64,000 nucleotides of DNA, taken from positions 32,001 to 96,000 of the IMG/VR virus record IMGVR_UViG_3300044953_000102; one strand, 5' to 3'. Below, one piece after another: positions 1 to 8,359 of the stretch. The notes under the pieces were generated by a model. The model was given only the letters and a program-made list of their open reading frames with translations, did no database searches and was not told the DNA's origin. The stretch is from a virus. Within the stretch, counting starts at the first letter, position 1, and each line of letters opens with the position of its first letter. The position numbers were made by a program, and so were the translations under genes.

Positions 1-7
1 AGCTATA

Positions 8-223
8 TCACTCATTTTTTTCTTCTAAATTACTATTTTTTCTTGAATCTCTATAATCAATAATAAACCCAATTGCAACTATTATGTTCATTCCCAGTGA
101 CATAAGTATCTCATGGATATCCGCATATACATTTAGTGATAGATGTATATGCCCTACCATCCAAAATGGTATGGACAAGTTTTGGCTTATCCATACCAAT
201 AGATATTTTATAAAGTGTTTCAA
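8..223 (-). CDS. small membrane protein, hypothetical
   Basis: 71-aa ORF with two hydrophobic stretches; start overlaps the stop of the upstream ORF. Confidence 0.6.
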   Translation of the reverse strand: MKHFIKYLLVWISQNLSIPFWMVGHIHLSLNVYADIHEILMSLGMNIIVAIGFIIDYRDSRKNSNLEEKNE

Positions 224-672
224 GGATTACTTATAGCATTGTATGCTGCAGTACTACCTGTCATCTTAAATTCATAAATTTCTGAATCACATGTAGTATC
301 ATTAATTCTAATTTTTACAGATGATGCAGCTTTAAAATCTGCAAGAAACTCTGCATCTGAATTAAGATCATCTACCATAAATACCGTTTTATGATTTTCA
401 GAAACTTCTCCTGCAATATTATACTTTTGATACTCCCCATTTACTAGGAATGAAATATCTACAGTAACCGATTCATCACATATATATACCCCACCTATGT
501 AAAATGCAATACCCTTGTAGTTTTCAAGTTTTAAAAACTCACTCTGACCATCTTCAGTATATGCAATTTTATATGGTGTATCAAATCCATTATCAATCTT
601 TCTAACTAGCCATTGTGATAATGCACTAAAACTAAATAAACTAACACTTACTAATACTAATAACTTTCTCAT
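220..672 (-). CDS. exported hypothetical protein
   Basis: N-terminal signal peptide MRKLLVLVSVSLFSFSALSQ (Bacteroidota-style Q at +1). Confidence 0.7.
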   Translation of the reverse strand: MRKLLVLVSVSLFSFSALSQWLVRKIDNGFDTPYKIAYTEDGQSEFLKLENYKGIAFYIGGVYICDESVTVDISFLVNGEYQKYNIAGEVSENHKTVFMVDDLNSDAEFLADFKAASSVKIRINDTTCDSEIYEFKMTGSTAAYNAISNP

Positions 673-684
673 TTTTTTGGTTTT

Positions 685-915
685 TTAATTGTTTTGTTTT
701 CCTCCTGTTGATTCTCCTTCAGAATCTTCTGTAGTCTCTCCCAGATTTGCTTGTTGATCAAGTTGTAATCTGGCTCTTTCTTGCGCTCTTTCATACTCTT
801 GCCAATGATAAATGTTTAATTCTCTCATTTTTAGGAAATCTTCAATGGTCATTTCCTCTGGTATACCATTATTTGCATGCATAATCTGCATATATACTTC
901 TTTCATTCTTCCCAT
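685..915 (-). CDS. hypothetical protein
   Basis: 76-aa ORF in a tightly packed operon. Confidence 0.6.
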   Translation of the reverse strand: MGRMKEVYMQIMHANNGIPEEMTIEDFLKMRELNIYHWQEYERAQERARLQLDQQANLGETTEDSEGESTGGKQNN

Positions 916-1343
916 AACATTTTCATGCTTTTGTCTAATAAAAACTTAATTGTTATCCTTATATCATTGTGTCCATAAATAGAACCAGCAGCTTTTAGTT
1001 TATTAAACATGTTTCTACTAATATCAATTTGAACTCTTTTATTTCTCTGTACTTGTTGAACCGATTCAATTACACTAAAATCAAAAGGAAACATTTGAGC
1101 ATATACATAAACATTTGCTTGAAACAGCTTATCTTTATAAAATTGAACAGCTATTTTTTTATTATAGTTTACTCTAGACCTTTTAATATTAAAAATTTCT
1201 GCAATCTTTGGTTCAGACATTCCAAATCTATAAGCTAAAATACCTATAAGATAACTTCTTTGATCAACAAGTGATCTTGTTCTTAGATGTTGAGAAAGTT
1301 GCTTTAATGAAGCAATAACATCCTCTTTAGTATAATTTTCCAT
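903..1343 (-). CDS. putative HTH DNA-binding protein
   Basis: FGMSEPKIAEIFNIKRSRVNY resembles a helix-turn-helix. Confidence 0.5.
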   Translation of the reverse strand: MENYTKEDVIASLKQLSQHLRTRSLVDQRSYLIGILAYRFGMSEPKIAEIFNIKRSRVNYNKKIAVQFYKDKLFQANVYVYAQMFPFDFSVIESVQQVQRNKRVQIDISRNMFNKLKAAGSIYGHNDIRITIKFLLDKSMKMLWEE

Positions 1344-1619
1344 TTATATTAAATCAAGTTGAACTTCTTTTTCTTCTATCTGATGTTCTTGATCATAAGC
1401 AATCAATCCATCTATTGGTAAAAACCTAGAAGCATCATAATACTCATAAGGAAATGATTTTTCAGTTAATTCTACTTCATTAAGTTTAAATCCTATTTTG
1501 TTTGGTTGTAAACCCATTCTTGTCATAGAAATTACAGTGTATACTACACCTTTTTTTATCCATTCCTCCAATGATATTTTTGTAGGTTTATTGCTTGCAT
1601 CAATACATATAACTTTCAT
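1344..1619 (-). CDS. hypothetical protein
   Basis: 91-aa ORF abutting its neighbours. Confidence 0.6.
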   Translation of the reverse strand: MKVICIDASNKPTKISLEEWIKKGVVYTVISMTRMGLQPNKIGFKLNEVELTEKSFPYEYYDASRFLPIDGLIAYDQEHQIEEKEVQLDLI

Positions 1620-1854
1620 GCGATTCTATTTCTGTAATCAGTTCTAGTTTTTCAAGATCTGTTTTTATTTCTAACATCTCTATAAAATCCCCATTTTTTA
1701 CAAAACATTTACCATTAGTATGTGCAAGAAGTGCACATTGTTCCGCTTGTAAAGGTTCGTGTTTACAGAATCTAATAAGACATGCAATAACATACAAAAA
1801 ATCATGAGTATTATCATTATACAATACTAATTTGTGTGTGTTTGTACCTTCCAT
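1600..1854 (-). CDS. clpS: ATP-dependent Clp protease adaptor ClpS
   Basis: KLVLYNDNTHDFLYVIACL...EQCALLAHTNGKCFVKNG matches the ClpS core (LxND, H-xx-G), Bacteroidota-type QAEQCA. Confidence 0.85.
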   Translation of the reverse strand: MEGTNTHKLVLYNDNTHDFLYVIACLIRFCKHEPLQAEQCALLAHTNGKCFVKNGDFIEMLEIKTDLEKLELITEIESHESYMY

Positions 1855-1882
1855 ATACTACTAATATACAAAAACATTGGGG

Positions 1883-2989
1883 TTAATCTAATTTAACCCC
1901 AAAATCTTTCCATGTTATTTTATTTTGGTCAAAGTTTTCAAGTGCTTCTTTTACCCATTTTTCATCTATAGTATTCATATAACATAGTATATGTACAATA
2001 GCTTTATCATCTGGATTTAAACGGAGCAACCTTCCAATTCTTTGACTTGCTTTTCTCTCATTACCATAAGCATGCATAATAATGCCCTGTTTAAGTTCTG
2101 GAATATTCACACCCTCATTCAACTGCAATACAGTTGATAGTTGTTTAATTGTTCCCTCCTTAAATAGTTCTAGGTTTTTTTCAGATTGAGAATTACCACT
2201 ATGATAACTATAAGAACATAACTTATCAGCTTGAGCTTGTGTGTTTGCAAACACAATACATTTAGTTTTTATATGTTCCATTAATAGTTGAGTATACTTT
2301 TCTTTGCTTGGATATTCCATCATAGCTTTCATTCTCATTACTCTCAACATATGCATATTACCAGATCCGACATCTATTCTTCTAGACCAATATGTATAAT
2401 TAGACTGCTCATCTGTAAAAAATTGTTTACTAGACATTTTAACTGAATAGTTTTTTTCTTTTGATAAACTTATTTTGTGTACAATGATTTGATAGTCATT
2501 TAGAATACCATTTTCAACAGCATCATCTGCTTTAAATGTATAAACTACCGGACAGAATTCATTTAACAATTTGCCTTTTTCAGAATATCCTCTTTTAGGT
2601 GGTGTACCAGTCAGACCAAGTATAAGACCTTTATATAATTGTAAAAATCCTCTATGACTATCTAATAAACTGTGCACCTCATCTAAATATACTGCTTCAT
2701 AATCACTAGGAGTATGTTTATTTAGACTTAAATAAGTTGTGAATGTTATTCTATCTAATAAGTTTTCTTTGTTGAATTTAACAGCATCATCTTTCCAAGA
2801 CTGAAATATAGATCTCTTTGGTGCTACTACAAGTACACGCATTAATGGTGTTGTATTTCTTTCAATATGATGCAAACCCACAAGAGTTTTACCAACACCT
2901 GTACCAAGAACAACACTACATCTTTGTTTACCATTTGTAGCATCAAGTGCATCTAACTGTACTTTATTTTTTGTTATAAGTGTCTCCAT
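1883..2989 (-). CDS. superfamily 2 DExH helicase
   Basis: Walker A GTGVGKT, DEVH, LTGT, LNEGVNIP, QRIGRLLR motifs. Confidence 0.9.
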   Translation of the reverse strand: METLITKNKVQLDALDATNGKQRCSVVLGTGVGKTLVGLHHIERNTTPLMRVLVVAPKRSIFQSWKDDAVKFNKENLLDRITFTTYLSLNKHTPSDYEAVYLDEVHSLLDSHRGFLQLYKGLILGLTGTPPKRGYSEKGKLLNEFCPVVYTFKADDAVENGILNDYQIIVHKISLSKEKNYSVKMSSKQFFTDEQSNYTYWSRRIDVGSGNMHMLRVMRMKAMMEYPSKEKYTQLLMEHIKTKCIVFANTQAQADKLCSYSYHSGNSQSEKNLELFKEGTIKQLSTVLQLNEGVNIPELKQGIIMHAYGNERKASQRIGRLLRLNPDDKAIVHILCYMNTIDEKWVKEALENFDQNKITWKDFGVKLD

Positions 2990-2993
2990 AAAA

Positions 2994-3398
2994 TTATTTT
3001 AAGTAACCAAGTGCTCTTGATTTTTTTGGATGAGCATGAATCCAATCATGGCAATTCCTACAGACTGCAAGCCATGTAGATTGCACTAAATAATAAGCAT
3101 CTCTGTTAGCACCAGCATATGTGTGATGTACATCTGTAGCATTTATGCTACAACCTTTCACTGCAATTTGGCATAGACTAAAGTCTGTAAGAAATCTGTT
3201 TCTAAGTTTTAAGTACTCTTGATCTTTTTTCTTTCTCTTAGAAGAAACCTGAGAGATAGCAGATTTTGTTGGTTTCTGTGTATTATCTTTACTTTTGTGG
3301 CAACTCCAGCAAAGTTTGCAATATCTGTATCCCTCATGGTTCTTCCAAATGACCGTCTCTTTCTGACAGCCATCACAAATTTTAAGCTTTAACTTCAT
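2994..3398 (-). CDS. HNH endonuclease with N-terminal Zn-finger (NinG-like)
   Basis: CxxC/CxxC N-terminus; ATDVHH...AVCRNCHDWIH. Confidence 0.75.
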   Translation of the reverse strand: MKLKLKICDGCQKETVIWKNHEGYRYCKLCWSCHKSKDNTQKPTKSAISQVSSKRKKKDQEYLKLRNRFLTDFSLCQIAVKGCSINATDVHHTYAGANRDAYYLVQSTWLAVCRNCHDWIHAHPKKSRALGYLK

Positions 3399-3873
3399 TC
3401 TTTAATCTTGGTAATATTACTGGTGCTTCCTTTAAACTTAAAAAGTTTTTAGGAAGTACACCTTCAGCTATAAAGATACTAATTATCTGGTCTTTCCCAA
3501 TATTTAAATCTTTAAAAGTTAAAGTATTTATAAACTTTTCATCTGTTTCATTACAGTTTACTAAGTCTTTAGTAATACTTGCTTTGGGAAATAAACTCAA
3601 GAATATTTTGTTAGTATACTCTATTGCAATTTTCTGTTTGAAGATATTCAATACATTTTGAGCTCTTTTGTATACATTTAGTATCCTTTGTTTTTTCTTT
3701 CCACACATTGTGGCAAGTTCTTTCTCACTTAAAGCACTTAAACCATATAGTGCTCTTTTGTACAAATAGTTCTGATATACAGAATATTTGTCTTGTTTAT
3801 ATTGCATGTAAGTTTTACCTCCATTCAATTGATAATCTCTGATGTCTTGTTTTAGCTTTTCCATTTTATACAT
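3382..3873 (-). CDS. hypothetical protein
   Basis: 163-aa ORF overlapping the next gene. Confidence 0.65.
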   Translation of the reverse strand: MYKMEKLKQDIRDYQLNGGKTYMQYKQDKYSVYQNYLYKRALYGLSALSEKELATMCGKKKQRILNVYKRAQNVLNIFKQKIAIEYTNKIFLSLFPKASITKDLVNCNETDEKFINTLTFKDLNIGKDQIISIFIAEGVLPKNFLSLKEAPVILPRLKNEVKA

Positions 3874-3896
3874 TCATATTAATAATCATAATAATA

Positions 3897-3923
3897 AAAA
3901 TGGGGGTCATTGACCCCCATTTT
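3897..3923. terminator. intrinsic terminator (symmetric, serves the minus-strand gene)
   Basis: AAAATGGGGGTCA-T-TGACCCCCATTTT inverted repeat just downstream of 3944..4426. Confidence 0.8.
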
Positions 3924-3943
3924 AACCCTATCAACCTTATATC

Positions 3944-4426
3944 TTAGATATTAAAGTCTTGTCCTGCTGCATTTTGGATTGCACTTGTGTTTGCTTTAGA
4001 AGCATTTGCATAAGCAGCACGTAATTGTTCTACATTATCATGTTTGATTAATGTATCTTGTGCATTTCCATCTAAGGTAAATTTAGTTCTACGATAGATA
4101 GGAAGACCACCAATTGTACAAACAATACCAGTCTCTCCTGCAATCTTAAGATCACGTTCTGGAGTTTTAGCATTGAATGGCTCAAGAGATTCTTCTACCA
4201 CAATTTTACCATCCAATTGCTGACCAGCAAAGAATCCAGATTCTGTCAATTCAGACAAAGTACCTGGGATTAATGCAGATACTGGTTTTCTACGTAAGAA
4301 ACCATTATCATCAATCATCATTCTTACTTGTTGTACACGAATATATCCATAATCAGGATTATTCTCTGATACATTTACAACTGTTTTTGTTGATTCGTCA
4401 CCTAATACTACTACTTTTGAGTTCAT
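3944..4426 (-). CDS. conserved hypothetical phage protein (possible ssDNA-binding)
   Basis: beta-rich 160-aa ORF with its own terminator; function is inferred. Confidence 0.65.
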   Translation of the reverse strand: MNSKVVVLGDESTKTVVNVSENNPDYGYIRVQQVRMMIDDNGFLRRKPVSALIPGTLSELTESGFFAGQQLDGKIVVEESLEPFNAKTPERDLKIAGETGIVCTIGGLPIYRRTKFTLDGNAQDTLIKHDNVEQLRAAYANASKANTSAIQNAAGQDFNI

Positions 4427-4546
4427 AACTTAAAGTTTTAAAAATTAATAAATAAATAAATAGATTGTTTTGAGTAGATGTACTATATCATTAGTTACTC
4501 ATGCTAAGTGATAAGTGTTTAATATTGCATATCGCAATATGCAATA

Positions 4547-4819
4547 CTAGTTATCCATTGGATCTGTTAAGTCAATGATATCATCAAATGGTAAATCATC
4601 TGATGCAATATCATTTAAATCATAATCTTCCATAGGAAGAAACTCTGTGTCTATGAATTTTTCTCTGGTGTTTTTATCAACAGCAGAGCCGGTAAAAGGA
4701 TCCCTAATATGTTCACCGAAGTCTATTGACATGAGGTATTGTATATCTTCATCTGTAAGATCAAGAAATTCCTCTATTGTTAAGTGAACTACTTTCCCAT
4801 TAGGGAGTTGATATAACAT
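4547..4819 (-). CDS. acidic hypothetical protein
   Basis: Likely start MLYQLPNGK at 4819; the upstream extension of the 120-aa ORF reads as AT-rich leader. Confidence 0.65.
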   Translation of the reverse strand: MLYQLPNGKVVHLTIEEFLDLTDEDIQYLMSIDFGEHIRDPFTGSAVDKNTREKFIDTEFLPMEDYDLNDIASDDLPFDDIIDLTDPMDN

Positions 4820-4981
4820 TACCTGTATAAATATGCAGATAAATATATAGTATTTATAGTAATCTAAGTTGTTTAAACTAATAATATTTAGCAATATATA
4901 GCTAAACAATGAAAAAGGGGATATCTCTACCCCCTTATCATTTATTCAGGAAAAGCATATTTTACAATACACTGTCTTTAA

Positions 4982-5209
4982 TTAATCATTAGAACGCTTA
5001 TAATCAAGTAGTTTGTCATACAAGTCTTGATTAAAGCTAGTCCAAAACTTTTTATTTGTAATTTGATTTAGACTAACTGGTTTAATTTGTGCTTTGTAAT
5101 TAGAATAAATTACACCAGAATTTACAGGTTGACCATTTTGGTCTTGAACTTTACAAGTAAGGTCAAACCCCAGAACTGATTTAATAATGTTGTATGGATT
5201 ATTTCTCAT
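4982..5209 (-). CDS. hypothetical protein
   Basis: 75-aa ORF directly downstream of the tRNA, A-rich leader. Confidence 0.6.
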   Translation of the reverse strand: MRNNPYNIIKSVLGFDLTCKVQDQNGQPVNSGVIYSNYKAQIKPVSLNQITNKKFWTSFNQDLYDKLLDYKRSND

Positions 5210-5225
5210 AGAATTTAGTTTATAG

Positions 5226-5299
5226 TGGTCCCATTTGGATTCGAACCAAAGACCTACTGCTTAGAAGGCAGTTGCTCTATCCAGCTGAGCTACGGGACC
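5226..5299 (-). tRNA. trnR: tRNA-Arg (anticodon UCU), no encoded CCA
   Basis: GGTCCCG TAGCTCAGCTGGATAGAGC A ACTGC-CTTCTAA-GCAGT AGGTC TTTGG-TTCGAAT-CCAAA TGGGACC A cloverleaf. Confidence 0.97.
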
Positions 5300-5363
5300 A
5301 ATATTAAACAGACTATAACACCTTTCATCTGTTTATTGCGGTTAAAGGTGAACGCAAATATAA

Positions 5364-5651
5364 TTAATATTCTGGTCCCAAGTCCTCCCAAGTGACATCA
5401 TCTTCACTTAGAACCCAAACTGATTCAGCAAAACCGGAAGTAGTATTTATTAAATACTTTATACTTCCAAACTCAACCATTAATCTGTCACTGTCAACTT
5501 TGTAAACTTTCTGGAGCTTTTCTGTCTCCATTCTTTCCAGATTTTTTACATACTTAACTTCAGACTTAGTAAGTCCCATATATTTATCATCATCATTAAA
5601 TAAAAGTAAAAATAAAGGGAAAATAAACAATAAAATCAATTTTGTAATCAT
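5364..5651 (-). CDS. membrane-anchored hypothetical protein
   Basis: Likely start MITKLILLFIFPLFLLLF overlapping the upstream stop (ATGA). Confidence 0.6.
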   Translation of the reverse strand: MITKLILLFIFPLFLLLFNDDDKYMGLTKSEVKYVKNLERMETEKLQKVYKVDSDRLMVEFGSIKYLINTTSGFAESVWVLSEDDVTWEDLGPEY

Positions 5652-5899
5652 AGTGATAATATTAAACCGTAAATAATTAAACTCATTGAAGACGCTATAA
5701 ATAAAGCAAGTCCCCATTTAAAACCAATAAACATTCTTTCTTCTTCAATCTCCTTCTCAATTACATCAAGGTCCCACTGCAAATCATTTACTCTAAACAT
5801 TACAATCTCTGGATCTGCAGATGAATTATATGCAGCATCAATGAGGGATATAATATCCCTCTTTTGATGCTCTAGTTTATTAAGCTTTCTGTAAATCAT
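5648..5899 (-). CDS. coiled-coil protein with C-terminal TM helix
   Basis: 83 aa, ends WGLALFIASSMSLIIYGLILSL. Confidence 0.65.
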   Translation of the reverse strand: MIYRKLNKLEHQKRDIISLIDAAYNSSADPEIVMFRVNDLQWDLDVIEKEIEEERMFIGFKWGLALFIASSMSLIIYGLILSL

Positions 5900-6042
5900 T
5901 TGCTTAAATCTTTTGTGTTAATACTCTGCTTTTCCTGACCATAAGCATCACAATGTGATGAACTCTTGCAACTAACTAAAGTTGCCAAAGCACCAATAAA
6001 TACAAACCATAATACTACAATCATACCTGTTTTCATAATCAT
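5896..6042 (-). CDS. small lipoprotein-like protein (48 aa, not in ORF track)
   Basis: MIMKTGMIVVLWFVFIGALATLVSCKSSSHCDAYGQ...; lipobox LVSC; ATGA overlap with next gene. Confidence 0.65.
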   Translation of the reverse strand: MIMKTGMIVVLWFVFIGALATLVSCKSSSHCDAYGQEKQSINTKDLSK

Positions 6043-6047
6043 AAATT

Positions 6048-6374
6048 TTAAAAAGGTAAATTTAAATCAGTTATTAAATCCTCAGCACCAATTGCTCTAT
6101 CTAGCAATGTTGCTTTTTTGCTTGCAAGTTTCTCCATCTTGGCATTTACTTTATAAACCTCAAGTTTTTGAAACCAATTGTGACCAAGAGAATCATTATG
6201 AGAGAGAATTCCTTCTATTCTACATAACATTCTATCTTTTCTGCTTGAACGCATTACAGCAAAACCAAATATTTCTCTAATTTCATCTGCATCTGCAGCT
6301 GTAAGATTCATATTTAGTTTAATAATTGTGTGACCACCAAAACTGTGGTAGCCAAAAGGAATTGTTTTGTTCAT
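6048..6374 (-). CDS. hypothetical protein
   Basis: 108-aa ORF, leader TAAACTTATG. Confidence 0.65.
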   Translation of the reverse strand: MNKTIPFGYHSFGGHTIIKLNMNLTAADADEIREIFGFAVMRSSRKDRMLCRIEGILSHNDSLGHNWFQKLEVYKVNAKMEKLASKKATLLDRAIGAEDLITDLNLPF

Positions 6375-6391
6375 AAGTTTAATTTTTAAGT

Positions 6392-6571
6392 TTATTTTTC
6401 AGATTCAATTCTTAATGCAGTTGTCACAGTAGCAATTAGTATAATTACTTGGACTATCCATCCAAATATATTATACTGTTCAAAGTGGAATACCCCACCA
6501 AGTGTTGTCATTCCTTCAAGAAAAATGACTAGTAATATAGCCAAGGCTATATATTGGATTTTTTTAATCAT
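6392..6571 (-). CDS. small two-TM membrane protein (59 aa, not in ORF track)
   Basis: MIKKIQYIALAILLVIFLEG...FGWIVQVIILIATVTTALRIESEK; leader TAAACTTATG identical to the neighbouring gene. Confidence 0.65.
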   Translation of the reverse strand: MIKKIQYIALAILLVIFLEGMTTLGGVFHFEQYNIFGWIVQVIILIATVTTALRIESEK

Positions 6572-6699
6572 AAGTTTAGTTTTAAATAGTTAATAATCAT
6601 ATACATTGAGTGGTACTAACTGTACTACTCATTAGTATTTAGTACTTGCTTGAAGCACTAAAAAGAAAGACCGAAACCGTTATAGTTCTAGTCTTTAAA

Positions 6700-7560
6700 A
6701 TTGTAAAGGGCTGAGTGTTGACCTTTTACTTGCAATAATTCTGACAGTTTTCACCATCTTACACACACTATTATTTCTAACAGTATATTGCATGCACAAT
6801 AGATTAGGTATCTATCAAACCACTACGTACCAACTAATAAGTTCCTGTTCCTACCAACTTCCCTGCAAAGGATTAACAAGATGCCTCCTGTTAGTTAGAT
6901 AGTACTTATTTCCTTTACCATCTGTCTTGCGGACATCAGGTATCTACATATTACAGCAGAATAAGTGCATTTTCATTAGTACGTGTCTGGACACTTTTGC
7001 ATTATAATTAGTAATAATTATTTTGCGGTCCAAGAATGTGAAAGTAGTGGTCCAAACCCTTAATAACATGCTACCTTTTGGGTAGTTTAGTTATACTACT
7101 TTCTGTTTTCACCTGCCAAGGATACTCACTGTCAAATGTAATTGTCCACGGTATTTCTACCAACAGACTACAAATGACTAATAGACGCTTCAAGACTGGC
7201 AATCTCTACTACATACTATTTACTATACCTATCTATTGAGATTTCTCTCTCAAACTCCTACTTGTTAGAAGTTCTGTAATACTGTGCATCAACCGTTAGG
7301 CCACAAGCACCCCACATTACAGGGAATATAGTATCTTTCAGTAGACAGGATAAATCCTGCGCAATATGTTACCAACATATCACTTTATACCATCACTGGT
7401 TTATCTTAAGGTCACGAAGACTGACCTGTTGTTTCAGTAACCCATCAAGTAGGTTTAACGTACACACCATGAGCATTTCAACTCTGAGGGTAACAACATT
7501 GTGTACTTATATTCAGGACTCTTACCTGCAAATCCCTACATAGTCAATAGGAATGGCTTT
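6700..7560 (-). ncRNA. large structured ncRNA (~860 nt), ROOL/GOLLD-like candidate
   Basis: No long ORF; many hairpins with GNRA loops on the minus strand (GGTA-GAAA-TACC 7150-7161; ACTGTTA-GAAA-TAATAGT 6767-6784; CTACC-CAAAA-GGTAG 7071-7085); boundaries approximate. Confidence 0.65.
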
Positions 7561-7594
7561 TTTACATATAGACCATTTGCAAAAAATAAAAGTA

Positions 7595-7862
7595 AACAAT
7601 AATGTTGGAGAGATACAAAACGATAGATTAATTACTTCTACCTTCCTTGTTGAAAATCTACTCTCTTTTCGATTGTTACATAGTTTTAGTTACCTACTGT
7701 ACTTGCGGCAACACTATTGCTTACTTCTTAAAATCACTTAAAGGAGCTACCTTTCGTTTAAAACGCTAATGAGTGATTTTATTTGTAACTTACAAAACCT
7801 ACAACAATAGGTACATCAGTTACAATGTTTTTCAACTTTAGGAAAACCAATACACTATTGTT
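7595..7862 (-). ncRNA. structured RNA domain (~270 nt)
   Basis: Closing stem 7852-7862 / 7595-7605 (a G-U pair works only on the minus strand) enclosing several hairpins. Confidence 0.5.
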
Positions 7863-7920
7863 CAAATAGTTTAATTGATTTTTAATGAACAAACCTGATT
7901 TAAATAGTTTACTCTATTTA

Positions 7921-8078
7921 CCCCTCTGCACTCAGTTTGTAATAGTAGCTTTGACGTGCTAATAGATGTCACTCTACTCAAATGTCAGGATTAGTTTTTT
8001 TCACCTGATTCTGGCTTGTTTGTTTACCAGCATTTGAACTATTACAAACTGCTCACCCTTACGGGTTAGTGCAAAGAG
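7921..8078 (-). ncRNA. structured RNA (~160 nt, multibranch)
   Basis: Perfect 14-bp helix 7933-7946 / 8038-8051, outer stem TGCACT/AGTGCA, ACCC-GTAA-GGGT GNRA hairpin. Confidence 0.65.
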
Positions 8079-8086
8079 AAAATAAA

Positions 8087-8113
8087 GAGCAGTTTAATAT
8101 CATGCTCAGGATA
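8087..8113 (-). ncRNA. compact H-type pseudoknot motif
   Basis: TATC-ctGAGCAt-GATA-ttaaac-TGCTC. Confidence 0.5.
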
Positions 8114-8119
8114 ATGTTT

Positions 8120-8359
8120 TTAGTATATAGAATCTAAATCAGGAAGACCTGATTTAATTTCTTCTCTATACTGTTGTACAAGCCAGAGTTTATCTTCAAA
8201 CTCCATACTAGTAATTTCCCGGATTTTCTGTTCATCTAACTTTTCCCGGTAGTACTGTTTAGCAAAAACTAATAGTTCTTGATTAACTAATAGGTTCTGA
8301 TAAGCAAGAGTATCTGTATACTCTCTGTTGATAACTTGATTAATCATAGTTGCATTCAT
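8120..8359 (-). CDS. hypothetical protein
   Basis: 79-aa ORF. Confidence 0.6.
   Translation of the reverse strand: MNATMINQVINREYTDTLAYQNLLVNQELLVFAKQYYREKLDEQKIREITSMEFEDKLWLVQQYREEIKSGLPDLDSIY

Noticed and set aside
6600-8110. Recoded or pseudogenised protein gene, CRISPR array or group I/II intron explaining the gap
   Set aside because: No long frame, no repeat-spacer periodicity, no interrupted host gene or intron ORF; dense hairpins fit an ncRNA better
8087-8113. Hammerhead ribozyme (CTGA...GA...AAAC)
   Set aside because: Lacks the CUGANGA spacing, GAAA and three-stem junction; fits a pseudoknot instead
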